Below the pieces are notes generated by a model. The model ran no database searches, had not been told where the DNA came from, and saw only the letters and a list, made by a program, of their open reading frames with translations. Below are positions 9,712 through 19,429 of a stretch of DNA of 64,000 nucleotides, piece by piece. Position numbers and translations under genes: made by a program. The stretch spans positions 352,001 to 416,000 of the forward strand of contig CAWBEI010000003.1 in assembly GCA_963787835.1 (NCBI GenBank), read 5' to 3'. This DNA comes from Ignavibacteriota bacterium (GTDB lineage Bacteria; Bacteroidota; Ignavibacteria; Palsa-1295). Numbering within the stretch: the stretch's first letter is position 1; each line of letters opens with the position of its first letter.

Positions 9712-9728
9712 AATGAATCTGATTCATT
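9712..9728. promoter_or_regulatory. Perfect 8-1-8 palindrome upstream of the XRE gene (candidate operator)
   Basis: AATGAATC-T-GATTCATT. Confidence 0.4.
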
Positions 9729-9766
9729 ATTCTTTTCTACATTAAAACTATGCCGAGCTTTAAAAC

Positions 9767-9797
9767 AGAAAGGGCTTCTCAAAGAGAAGCCCTTTCT
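9767..9797 (-). terminator. Intrinsic terminator of the 978-aa T9SS cargo gene
   Basis: AGAAAGGGCTTCTC-AAA-GAGAAGCCCTTTCT perfect hairpin about 20 nt after the stop codon. Confidence 0.85.
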
Positions 9798-9816
9798 TCA
9801 AAAGAAATAGTACGTT

Positions 9817-12753
9817 TTATTTCAGAATGACCATCTGACGCGTAAGCGTTGTACCGCCCGCATTCATCTGATAATAATAGGTGCCGCTCGCAAGACCATC
9901 AGCCTTGATCGTAACACCATAGGTACCGGCATCGAAATGCTGATTCAGCACCGTCTGAACGACCTGGCCTTCAACATTAATAATGTTCAGGTTGACCATT
10001 CCATCGGTGGGAAGCGTGATCGAGAGCTCGCTCGATCCGGAGAATGGATTCGGATAATTCTGATCGAGGCTATACCCGTTCGATTCAGCTACTTCTGCAA
10101 CACCCGCGGTCGTGGCATTTCCGGTAAGCACCACATTCGCAGCCGGAAGCGAGGTTCCAACTGACGTTGGGAACCCAACCGTTTGCGTGGCCGTCGTTGC
10201 CGAAGTCGGCGTAAAGGTAAACATCAGTTGTGCGCTCGTTCCGGGGGCGATCGTGGTTGCACCGCTTACATACGTAAATGGCAGTGTAACCACCGGCGTA
10301 CCGGTTGTCCATTCGCAGCTTCCGGAGTTCGTTACCGTGGCAGCGAATGGTTGCGAGGTCGTATTCACAGTGGTGAGCAGGGATGTTCCTGTTCCATTGA
10401 TCGTCGCCGCACCGCCATTGGCGGAAAGATTGAACGTATGTCCTTCGCCGTTCGTGATGGCTAAGGTTGCGGTTTCTGCGGTGTTGGTCGTCGGTACGAA
10501 TTTCACCAGGAAGGTCGCAATGTCACTCGGTTGTTCTATACCCGATGATGCCGGCGATACGCTGAAATCTGCTGCATTCGTTCCGCCGGAAATTGCGGCA
10601 GAATACGACTCCGGAACATTCCCGGTATTCGTGATCGAGATCGTTTCGAATCCGCTATCGCCAATGCAGGTGTTTGCTGCGAACGGCGTGACCACGATAC
10701 CGGTATCGCGAATTGCCTGACCGAAGACAGCAAGCGGAAGTGTTGCGCTCAGTGGCGTTTCATTGCTGGTCGCCGTTGCAGTCAAAAGAGCAGCTTCGGC
10801 GCCCTTCGCACTTGGGGTAGCGCAGACCTTGAAGGTCTGATGGCTCTGGGCAGCCAGCACGAACGGCACTGGCGGATTCAACGTCGCATCGAAGTCCGTT
10901 CCATTGGCGCCCGTGATCGTCACATAGGTGACGGTCAGATTGGCAGCTCCGGTATTCCAGAACGTGTCAGTTACGCAGGCGGTATTACCGATAAGCGCAT
11001 TGCCATTCGTCGATGGCCCCGTGATCGTGAGATCACCACTCGGAACACCAGTACCCACGAAGTTCACGACGAATGAACTCGTGTCATGTGGTGGTGTGGT
11101 CTGCGTGAGCGGGATATCTGTTTTGATCTGCAGCGAAGCCAAACGGTACCCCTGCTGAAGCGGCGTAAAGCAGACCTGTATGTTCTGCGAACCACCCGGC
11201 GGGATCAGAGTATCGGCACCTTTTAATGGAGTAAGGCTGAAATCGTAATCGGCATTCTTAAAATAATTGCTTGTGATCGCGATCGTGTCTGAACCAGGGT
11301 TCGACAACACCACGGTCAGGCAGGTATCGTCCCCTAATTTGACGGAGTCGAAATTGACCGTGATGGGATTCGGATACAAATTATTGATCGAAAGATGTGG
11401 CAGAATACCTACGCCATTCATAGTGACGGTATCCCACGGCACAACGATCGGCGCATTGGAATGGATGATCAGGTGCGCATCCGGCTCTCCCTCCAGATCC
11501 GGAGTGAATGTTACTCCGATGGAATCGATCCCGCCCGGAGGGATCGGCCCGGCAGGCAGGTGGGAGATGGAATATGCACTTGCATCGAGTCCGATAAAGC
11601 TGGCACTTATGATCTTAAGCGCCACGCCACCGGTCGAGTTTACATACAAATATTTCGGAGCGGAGGTCTTGGTCACTTCCGTGTACTGTCCTCGGAACAT
11701 ATTCGTTGCGCTGTAGGAAACGGATGAAACGATTCCCTGCCCGTAGAGCGTATCCGTTATAATTGCGGGAAGTGCATTCGACGAATAGGAAAGATAGGCC
11801 GAGCGAGCGCCGGGGGCCGTAGGTGCATACATGATACCCACGGAATCTTTTCCGCCCGCCGGAATAACGGAAGGCGCGCGAACGACCGAGAAATCATTCG
11901 GATCTAATCCACTAAACACATAATTGCCGATCGTGATCGGGGTCGCGTTAGAGTTCGAAAGCGTGGTATAATACGGCCCATCGGACGCGCCCACAGGAAC
12001 GGTTCCGAAATTGATCGTCGTCGGCCCGTTCACCGTAAGAATAGGATGATGTACGTTGGTCACCACGATGTTCGTGAACGCGACGTTCTCGCAATACATG
12101 AAACCGTAGTAGCAATAGCCGCCATTATCGGCAACCCGGAAATCAAGCTGCGTGGTGCTTCCGCCATTGGGTACATAGACATGGAAATGTCTCCAATACT
12201 GACTGCTCGTGTATTCATCCGGATCCGTGAATGGACCGCCTGTATAGAAGGTGTTGCCATTTGCATCGACGCAATCGCCTGGCGATTTCTTGGTAAGAAG
12301 CGCCGTCGTTCCTTCTAACACCTCGACCTGATCTTCCTGATAGGGGCTCAGATAGGTCTGATAATAGCCTTCCGGGAACCAGAGATCAAAATCGACGTAC
12401 AACGAATCCGTCGCCGGGAACGACCCGGTGCTGATGTTCGGCGTGTACATATTGATCTTTCCATCGTTAAATCCGGTATAGCACCCGGGCTGATAGGTGT
12501 AGGCGGTCGCAGCAACAGCCGAACCATAATTGCCGCCATAGCCGCCGTTACCGCCGCCGCTTTCGTACCAGCCGCCGTAATAATAATTGTATTCACCCTG
12601 ATAATCAACCGTCCACCCATTAGGCGGGAATGATTCTTCTTGAGTGAAGCTCTCGGAGAGCAGCGTAGTGATCGTGGTCTGCGCGTGGGACGCAAACGGA
12701 AGAAGGAACAACGCGACGAACGCCGCGAATGAAGCAAAGAAGCGAGTTTTCAT
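9817..12753 (-). CDS. T9SS-secreted protein with multiple choice-of-anchor-D/ASH Ig-like domains and CTD
   Basis: Signal peptide SHA|Q, a Tyr/Gly-rich N-domain and repeated INFGTV/VNFDSV...N.G...F.P units. C-terminus LDQNYPNPF...LASGTYYYQM...TRQMVILK. Confidence 0.88.
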   Translation of the reverse strand: MKTRFFASFAAFVALFLLPFASHAQTTITTLLSESFTQEESFPPNGWTVDYQGEYNYYYGGWYESGGGNGGYGGNYGSAVAATAYTYQPGCYTGFNDGKINMYTPNISTGSFPATDSLYVDFDLWFPEGYYQTYLSPYQEDQVEVLEGTTALLTKKSPGDCVDANGNTFYTGGPFTDPDEYTSSQYWRHFHVYVPNGGSTTQLDFRVADNGGYCYYGFMYCENVAFTNIVVTNVHHPILTVNGPTTINFGTVPVGASDGPYYTTLSNSNATPITIGNYVFSGLDPNDFSVVRAPSVIPAGGKDSVGIMYAPTAPGARSAYLSYSSNALPAIITDTLYGQGIVSSVSYSATNMFRGQYTEVTKTSAPKYLYVNSTGGVALKIISASFIGLDASAYSISHLPAGPIPPGGIDSIGVTFTPDLEGEPDAHLIIHSNAPIVVPWDTVTMNGVGILPHLSINNLYPNPITVNFDSVKLGDDTCLTVVLSNPGSDTIAITSNYFKNADYDFSLTPLKGADTLIPPGGSQNIQVCFTPLQQGYRLASLQIKTDIPLTQTTPPHDTSSFVVNFVGTGVPSGDLTITGPSTNGNALIGNTACVTDTFWNTGAANLTVTYVTITGANGTDFDATLNPPVPFVLAAQSHQTFKVCATPSAKGAEAALLTATATSNETPLSATLPLAVFGQAIRDTGIVVTPFAANTCIGDSGFETISITNTGNVPESYSAAISGGTNAADFSVSPASSGIEQPSDIATFLVKFVPTTNTAETATLAITNGEGHTFNLSANGGAATINGTGTSLLTTVNTTSQPFAATVTNSGSCEWTTGTPVVTLPFTYVSGATTIAPGTSAQLMFTFTPTSATTATQTVGFPTSVGTSLPAANVVLTGNATTAGVAEVAESNGYSLDQNYPNPFSGSSELSITLPTDGMVNLNIINVEGQVVQTVLNQHFDAGTYGVTIKADGLASGTYYYQMNAGGTTLTRQMVILK

Positions 12754-13073
12754 GGAATTATATTATTTATCACCCAAAAATGCCAGGAACTGACAAAATG
12801 AACATTCTTTTGAGCAAGCGATGAACTACAGTACTGCTCATAAATATCATCGGAATTCGATGAACATTCATACGGCAGCTCTAACGATCGAGAAATAACA
12901 GCCATGCAAAGGAACACGTATGTCATCTTCGAACATGAAGAAAAGCGAGGAACAGAGGTAGAAAACCCTGAAAATCATCTAAATTCGACGAATTTCACAA
13001 GGTTTTGATAGAGGGAAAATTCGCCGTGCAAAGGATCACGGCGTGGATTTCCCTAAATCATAATACAAATATA
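12754..13073 (-). promoter_or_regulatory. Promoter (TATATTTG at 13073-13066) and ~300-nt structured 5' leader
   Basis: -7 element followed by several hairpins (13006-13060, 12962-13006, 12811-12840); no convincing ORF. Confidence 0.5.
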
Positions 13074-13109
13074 CAACAATTTTTTATTCGTTGCTTAAAA
13101 ACCGGCCTC

Positions 13110-14135
13110 CTATCTCAGTATCACGGCTTGCCTCGTTATCCGCGCGCCGGCGCAAGAGACAGTGCAATAATAGGTGCCGCAGGGAAGGTTCTTCGTATCT
13201 ATCTCAATGGTGTGATCCCCTGCCGCCAGAGAACCGATTGAAGTAGACTGCACCAACGCGCCGGAAGCGTCCTCTATATCAATCCGAACCGTCTCTTCCG
13301 TTGGGATCGTAAGAGAAACGTGTGCGGTGCCGTTCGCCGGATTTGGATAAAAGCTCCCAAACGCAAACCCGGGCGGTGTGCTACTTTCGACAGCAGAGGA
13401 ACTTCCAGGCGTCCAGCGAATGTCGGAGTCCGGCGTGGCTGTCATATTTGAATCATAGACGTAAGCCACGAATTTCGGGGTGCTAAACCCGTTCAGCCCA
13501 ATACCACAAAGGATGGCCGGCTGAGCCTCGAATGAGCTTTTATGCGTTTGATAAATGAACTCGATCACTCCAGTCGTTTCATAAAATTTCACCTGCACCA
13601 TGTTCGCATTTCCTCCGGTACCACCACCGCCACCACCGCCGCCGCCGCCAGATCAGGTGCCCGGCATGTGCATGAAATGATACTGAACGGTCAGCACCCG
13701 ATTGGGCGCGGTACCATCTACCTCATAAAAATCGGAATCGGATGGCACCGCATGTCCCGTACCCTCCACCACTAAGCCATTAAAGACGCAGACCAGGCCG
13801 GGATGGGATGCGCTATCAAGCTCTTCGGCAAATGGAGTGGTGTCCTGCGAAAGTGAAATACAACCGCTCGAGCCGATCTCGATCTTCGAACCAGCTTTAA
13901 CGATGGAATCGTCATAAGGAAAATCGAACGGCATCGTGATCGTACCATGCCCCTGATCGATATTACTATATCGAAAGGTATCGCCAGTCATAGAAATATC
14001 GGTCCATGTGGCCAGAAATGGGGTTACATTGTAATGGTCCACGCGGGAGGTGGTTTGCGCGGTGGTGAGGTTTACGTGCGCTGCTATGAAGATCATGGCG
14101 CATATCGCACAGAATAATTTATTCCAAATGCTCAT
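13110..14135 (-). pseudogene. T9SS-secreted protein (~340 aa) interrupted by one in-frame TGA at 13655-13653
   Basis: Track ORFs 13653..14135 and 13110..13601 share a frame: ...HMPGT-TGA-SGGGGGGGGTGGNANMVQVKFYE... The signal peptide (TTA|Q) is in the first part and the CTD (YPNPA...LPCGTYYC) in the second. Confidence 0.8.
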
Positions 14136-14332
14136 TGAAGTACGTGTTGGAGGTGAAAAGGATTATCATAGGGGCGAATCCGGGGGTGGAAATAGAGAAT
14201 TAATAAACACACACATGCAGATGCTCGTTCAGCGTTCTTTGGGACCGTTATAGGCCTTATTACAATTTACGCAGGGACTGAGCATTTATCCTGATTTTAT
14301 TGTTAGCGGAACACTTGTATTTTTGAAGCTCT

Positions 14333-15303
14333 ATGAACCGAATAGCAATTGTGACCAGCGGCGGCGATGCGCCGGGAATGAACGCGGCCATCCGGGCTGT
14401 CGTGCGGGCGGGAAGTGACAAAGAAATGAAGATGTTCGGCGTTCGCAATGGCTACGATGGCCTGCTCGCCGGGTCGTTTGTCAAGCTGCTTGCACGGGAC
14501 GTCGGCGGCGTGATCCAGCAAGGCGGTACCTTCCTCGGCAGCGCGCGCAGCGAGGAATTTAAAAAGCCGCAGCACGCGAGCATGCCCTGCGGAACCTCGA
14601 AGAGAATAAGATCGACGCACTTGTGATTATCGGCGGAAATGGCTCGCAGGTCGGCGCGTGGGAGCTATCGAAGCTTGGATTCCCAGTGGTAGGGATCGCC
14701 TCCACGATCGATAACGATCTCTATGGTTCGGACGTCACGCTGGGGGTCGATACTGCAACCAACATCGCGCTGGAAGCCATCGATCGTTTGAAAGTAACGG
14801 CATCCTCGCACCGGCGCGCCGTGCTTGTTGAAGTGATGGGCCGTCAATGCGGGTATCTTGCGCTGGTATGTGGCATTGCCGGCGGCGCGGAAACGGTCGT
14901 CATCCCGGAAGTAGAGATGGATCCGAACGACGTGGCGCACGATATTCTAAGCGCCTATCGCCGAGGAAAGAACCATGCCCTTGTGGTAGTTGCCGAAGGA
15001 GCCAAATACAACGCCAATGCACTTACCCAGGCTATTTCAGAGCACCCGGACATGTTCGGATTTACGATCCGTACTACTATTTTGGGGCATGTGCAGCGCG
15101 GCGGAGTTCCCAGCGCATCCGACCGTATCCTTGCGGCCCGCTTTGGTGTCGCGGCAATCGACCGGCTGGCGGAAGAACGGCACGGGATTCTCATTGGTGT
15201 TCACAATGGCGCGATCATCGATACGCCGCTTTCCGAAGTCGTCAGCCACAAAAAAGAATTAGACCTCAACTTGCTTCAATTAGCAAAAGTGCTGGCAACA
15301 TAA
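14333..15303 (+). CDS. pfkA: ATP-dependent 6-phosphofructokinase, split by a 1-nt frameshift at the A5 run 14561-14565
   Basis: TSGGDAPGMNAAIR and GGTFLGSAR in the first frame; IGGNGS, TIDND, EVMGR and LGHVQRGG in the second. Adding one A restores ...EEFKKAAAREHALRNLEENKIDALVIIGGNGS. Confidence 0.92.
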
Positions 15304-15743
15304 TGGTTTCCGGTGATACGCTGATCGGGATTTTCAAACTTGCGAAAGCATCCATTTTCCTCGTGGTATCATTAAGCGCTATTTCCTTATTAGATGCGAA
15401 AATTCGGGTTGATGCCACGGTGTTTGTCACCCATCTTAGTGGCGATTCTCATTTCCGCTTGCTACGAACCGCTGCCAGATTTATCGGTGTTGCCAACGAG
15501 CGGGGTATCGCAGTCTTAAGCATTGGCTCATTTTTTTATGCCTCGTTATTCGCAACAGAAGGCGTGGGATTGTTACTTCAAAAACGCTGGGCTGAATATT
15601 TCACATCCATTGTAACGGCCTCATTTCTTCCGCTGGAGCTCTATGAGATCGCTCGAAAGCCGGATCTAATCAAGATCGTAATTTTTGTGATAAATGTTGC
15701 CGTATTGGTCTACCTCGTTTGGCAGCTCTATAACAAAAAATAA
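15303..15743 (+). CDS. DUF2127-family membrane protein
   Basis: ATG overlaps the pfkA stop (TAATG). LIGIFKLAKA...YASLFATEGVGLLLQKRWAEYFT...FLPLELYE...INVAVLVYL. Confidence 0.8.
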   Translation: MVSGDTLIGIFKLAKASIFLVVSLSAISLLDAKIRVDATVFVTHLSGDSHFRLLRTAARFIGVANERGIAVLSIGSFFYASLFATEGVGLLLQKRWAEYFTSIVTASFLPLELYEIARKPDLIKIVIFVINVAVLVYLVWQLYNKK

Positions 15744-15781
15744 CTCTTCCAAAAATGCTCAATCCATTTTGATAAAACACA

Positions 15782-15816
15782 AATGCGTAACGAGTGACAT
15801 TCACTCGTTACGCATT
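15782..15816. terminator. Hairpin between the convergent DUF2127 and ssb genes (probable terminator)
   Basis: AATGCGTAACGAGTGA-CAT-TCACTCGTTACGCATT, a perfect 16-bp stem. Confidence 0.8.
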
Positions 15817-15833
15817 GCAAATGTTGCTATCGA

Positions 15834-16301
15834 TCAGAATGGAAGATCGTCCACAGGAGCGTCCTGCGGCTCGTATTCGGGAGCCGAAGCTGTGCTGGCT
15901 GCAGGAGCAGAGGATGAAACTTGACGTGAATTTGGTCGTTCCCCGCCGGAATTTGAGCCAGCACCGCCATCAAGAAGGATCAGATCGTTCGCTACGATCT
16001 CGGTCGTGTACCGCTTATTTCCATCCTTATCGTCCCAGGAGCGCGTTTGGATACGCCCTTCCACATACACACGCTTTCCCTTCTTAACATACTCGCCACA
16101 GATCTCGGCCAGGCGTTCCCACGCAACGATGTTATGCCACTCGGTTTGTTCATGCAACTGACCGCTGTTCTTATCTTTCCAAGATGAATCCGTTGCAATA
16201 GAAAAAGATGCAACGGGTTTTCCTGCCCCCGTATAACGAATTTCCGCGTCCTTACCGGCGCGGCCAATGAGTATTGCTTTGTTGAGACTTTTATCTGCCA
16301 T
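15834..16301 (-). CDS. ssb: Single-stranded DNA-binding protein
   Basis: LNKAILIGR, TEWHNIVAW, VYVEGRIQTRSW and C-terminal DDLPF. Confidence 0.97.
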   Translation of the reverse strand: MADKSLNKAILIGRAGKDAEIRYTGAGKPVASFSIATDSSWKDKNSGQLHEQTEWHNIVAWERLAEICGEYVKKGKRVYVEGRIQTRSWDDKDGNKRYTTEIVANDLILLDGGAGSNSGGERPNSRQVSSSAPAASTASAPEYEPQDAPVDDLPF

Positions 16302-16375
16302 AATGTATTGTTCTTGAATGGGTGCCTATGAATATTTTACCAATATACGGCGAAAAAACAGTAATGTCACAAAAC

Positions 16376-19300
16376 TCATTCGGAAGCCACGACTTGCCTT
16401 CTTAAATGAGTACCTCCAACAGCTACGTCAATCGTGTAAAAACCAGAAGGAATTTCAGGAGGAGCGAAATCGAATTGACTGCCAGTCACATCTCTGGAAA
16501 GGATCGTTCTGCCCAGCGCGTCATAGATCGAGATGCAGGCAGTGCCACTAAGATCCCAAGAAATATGAAGCATATTATGAAATGGGTTTGGAAATACCTC
16601 GAGAGCATCCGTTACCGGGACAGGAGCAAAAGTCACGCCAAGCGGTTGATCCCAGAGTGCCTCCGTTTCTGCTATCGTTTGATGGAGCAACGTCTGATTT
16701 CCGGCAAGCGCGATAACAACGGTCATCTCCACCGAGTCCTGAGAATGCATCGGCATATTTTTAAGGCCGAACGTATGAGAAATATCTCCGGGGCCGGCGG
16801 AACTGAGAAATTCGTTCATGGAGGTCCATTTGTTGGACTTCGAGAATGGCCCATAGACATTTAGATCGCCTTGTGAGCCATTATTCATGATCGCATGATA
16901 GTTGAGAGATGCTCCGGCCGGAAGCTTCGATAGAAGTTTCATGCCAAGATATGGATAATCTGGATCGAGCCGGTAGGTGATCGCCGTCGCGCTCCCTGAA
17001 TCGAACTCCGTGATATTATTGCCGCCGGAAAGCCCGATATCCCAATCGAGGAAAAGTGTAGCCGCAGCACTGTCGCTCATAGCAAATAGGCTGCCGGGTA
17101 GGCCGCGAAACACATACTTTGCTACGACTGCATTTACAGCCAGCCCTTGGGTAAAGGCATACGCCTGACACGTAGCATGAAGTCCGATCTGTATCGAAGA
17201 ATCCGCGAGACTGTCCGTGAGCGAAAATCCAAGTTCTTGCGCGGCATTGACATGATCCGGGGGCTGAACGTAATGGATGAGACCGCTCGGGGTCAGGTCT
17301 TCATCCGCCGTTTCTCCATCGGCACCGAGTACCACATCGACCACATGGTTCGTATCCGTACCAACCATCAGTCCACCTTCATACAGCAATGTTCGTGCAA
17401 TGGGCGGGATCGAATCCGGTGCAATACGCCACAAGAAGCCGGAGCCTTCCTCATTATTGAGCACATCATTATATCCGAGACTCCCTATCGAAGAAAAAGT
17501 TACCGTCAGATCATTGGCATTGAGATCGAGATACGAGGGCTCTATCACAAAATGGATATAATCATAGTCCTCAGCATATCCCGCGACGGAATCATAGAAG
17601 AAGACTCGTATCAACACCTCGGTATTTTGCGGAGCGCTATCGGCCACCGTGATCTGAAACACAGTAGGTTCGTTCGAGACTTCCTGCATGGTTGCAACAG
17701 CTCCAAATGGGATCGTTGTCTGCTGAAGCGTGACGTAGTTCGCACCGTTGACTACTTCGACTCGTGCCATGAGATGATCAAGCGGCTTCAAGTAATTCAT
17801 CGCATGGATAATAATTCCACCACTCTCGCCGGGCGCAAAAGTGCCAATGCCATTATGATCTTTAATGGTAATGCTATCAACGCGAGCAGAATAGGTATTC
17901 GTATCGGATACAGCTCGGAAGGCATCCGCTATGCCATGCCCTTCAAAATAGATCCTGTCACTATCGAGGCCAAGCACTGGATCGCCGGTTACTCGTACCT
18001 GCTCCATCGCTTGCCCTACCGTTAAATTCGGAAATTGCTGTAACACAAGCGCCACAACACCTGCAGCATTCGGCGATGCAAAGCTCGTTCCGTCCGCCCC
18101 GGAAGTAACGTAACCATTTCCCGTAACGGTACTTGTAACATCGACTCCCGGCGCGGATACGTCCACATGGGTATTAAAATCGGAAAAATCGGCATTATTG
18201 CCATTCCCATCCACGGCCGCAACGGAAAAAACATGGTCATAAGCTGCGGGATAAAGGTCCTGAAATGGATAATCTCCCCCACTATTACCAGCAGCCGCCA
18301 CAACACCGCAGCCCTCTGCGTAGGCATAATTGATCGCGTCTTGCTCGGCATCCGAACGACCGGTCCCTCCCCAGGAGCAATTCACGATCCTTGCGTGCAT
18401 GTCAGCAGCATACACTATTGCTTGAAAGCCAAAATCGAGATTCGCCCCGGCATCGTCGCTGATCTTTATCGGTATGATGCGCGCACCGAAAGCAATTCCT
18501 GCCATTCCGACCACATTATTACCCTGTGCCGCAAAGATTCCCGCTGTTTGTGTGCCGTGATTGATGCCATCTCCAGGCCGTGCATCATTATCCGGCGTTG
18601 TGCCGTAGGTACCGCCGAAATCCCAGCCATGCCAGTCGTCGATAAACCCATTGCTATCGTCATCGATGCCATTATAGCGTTTATCACGCCCGTTCATATC
18701 GATACCGATCTCACCAGGGTTCTGATAGATCACGTTGGAAAGATCCTCGTGCGTCCAGTCGGTTCCAATGTCGGCATCGGCAATGATCATGGTGGAATCG
18801 CAGCGCACCAGATCCCAGGCCTCAAAACAATGCATAAGCGAGAGTGCATACTGCTGGTTCACTAGCGAATCGTTCGGAGTGTAGAGCGGCTGCCGAACGA
18901 ACATCGGTTCCACAAGTTGAATAAGCGGGGATTTTTTTACAGCGAGAGCAGCCCGATCGCCTGGAACAGGATCGGAATAAAAAAGCAGGAACCAATGTGC
19001 TAACTTTCCCTCCGATGCTCGAAGCATGGATAAATTCCCATTTTGACCGATGCTTTGGATAACATCGCCTCGCACAAAAAGCTGTGGGCTGGAGCGTTCG
19101 CGGATGTCTTCGAAGGCAACACTGTGCGTTGGAATAAATGGCTTCAACTGTAAGCCATGCAATGTGCTCGTCAAGCCAAGGATGTGGCAGATTGTGCTGT
19201 CACCGGTTAGAACCGTCTGATCAATATTGGTGTGGTTGAACGTTGGATCGCCATCGGGACGAATAGAATAAAATGCTGCTCCAATAGCACTATCGAGCGA

Positions 19301-19426
19301 GGAACTAATGCGCACAAGAACAACTCCGGTTTTCTCAGGAATAGCCGGAGATTTCGATTGACCATAAGATTCGCTACCCGCGAGAATCCCCGCAAGCATG
19401 AATGAAAAGATAAAGAACGACCGCAT
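16376..19426 (-). CDS. S8 (subtilisin-like) serine peptidase with T9SS CTD
   Basis: Catalytic D (DADIG), H (HGTQTAG), oxyanion N (AAAGN) and S (GTSFASP). DDDSNGFIDDWHGWDF insert; CTD VFPNPF...IYDALG...SGFY. Confidence 0.93.
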   Translation of the reverse strand: MRSFFIFSFMLAGILAGSESYGQSKSPAIPEKTGVVLVRISSSLDSAIGAAFYSIRPDGDPTFNHTNIDQTVLTGDSTICHILGLTSTLHGLQLKPFIPTHSVAFEDIRERSSPQLFVRGDVIQSIGQNGNLSMLRASEGKLAHWFLLFYSDPVPGDRAALAVKKSPLIQLVEPMFVRQPLYTPNDSLVNQQYALSLMHCFEAWDLVRCDSTMIIADADIGTDWTHEDLSNVIYQNPGEIGIDMNGRDKRYNGIDDDSNGFIDDWHGWDFGGTYGTTPDNDARPGDGINHGTQTAGIFAAQGNNVVGMAGIAFGARIIPIKISDDAGANLDFGFQAIVYAADMHARIVNCSWGGTGRSDAEQDAINYAYAEGCGVVAAAGNSGGDYPFQDLYPAAYDHVFSVAAVDGNGNNADFSDFNTHVDVSAPGVDVTSTVTGNGYVTSGADGTSFASPNAAGVVALVLQQFPNLTVGQAMEQVRVTGDPVLGLDSDRIYFEGHGIADAFRAVSDTNTYSARVDSITIKDHNGIGTFAPGESGGIIIHAMNYLKPLDHLMARVEVVNGANYVTLQQTTIPFGAVATMQEVSNEPTVFQITVADSAPQNTEVLIRVFFYDSVAGYAEDYDYIHFVIEPSYLDLNANDLTVTFSSIGSLGYNDVLNNEEGSGFLWRIAPDSIPPIARTLLYEGGLMVGTDTNHVVDVVLGADGETADEDLTPSGLIHYVQPPDHVNAAQELGFSLTDSLADSSIQIGLHATCQAYAFTQGLAVNAVVAKYVFRGLPGSLFAMSDSAAATLFLDWDIGLSGGNNITEFDSGSATAITYRLDPDYPYLGMKLLSKLPAGASLNYHAIMNNGSQGDLNVYGPFSKSNKWTSMNEFLSSAGPGDISHTFGLKNMPMHSQDSVEMTVVIALAGNQTLLHQTIAETEALWDQPLGVTFAPVPVTDALEVFPNPFHNMLHISWDLSGTACISIYDALGRTILSRDVTGSQFDFAPPEIPSGFYTIDVAVGGTHLRRQVVASE

Positions 19427-19429
19427 GGC

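Noticed and set aside
13653-13655. Selenocysteine or TGA reassignment
   Set aside because: No SECIS-like hairpin follows, the context is a Gly loop rather than a redox motif, and TGA terminates other genes normally (pssA, purS, gcvP).
14555-14570. Programmed -1 frameshift in pfkA
   Set aside because: T_AAA_AAG is not a full X_XXY_YYZ slippery site. A dropped base in the A run is simpler and matches other indels in the window.
14847-15302. N-terminal 152 aa of track ORF 14847..15743
   Set aside because: It overlaps pfkA out of frame; the DUF2127 protein starts at ATG 15303, coupled to the pfkA stop.
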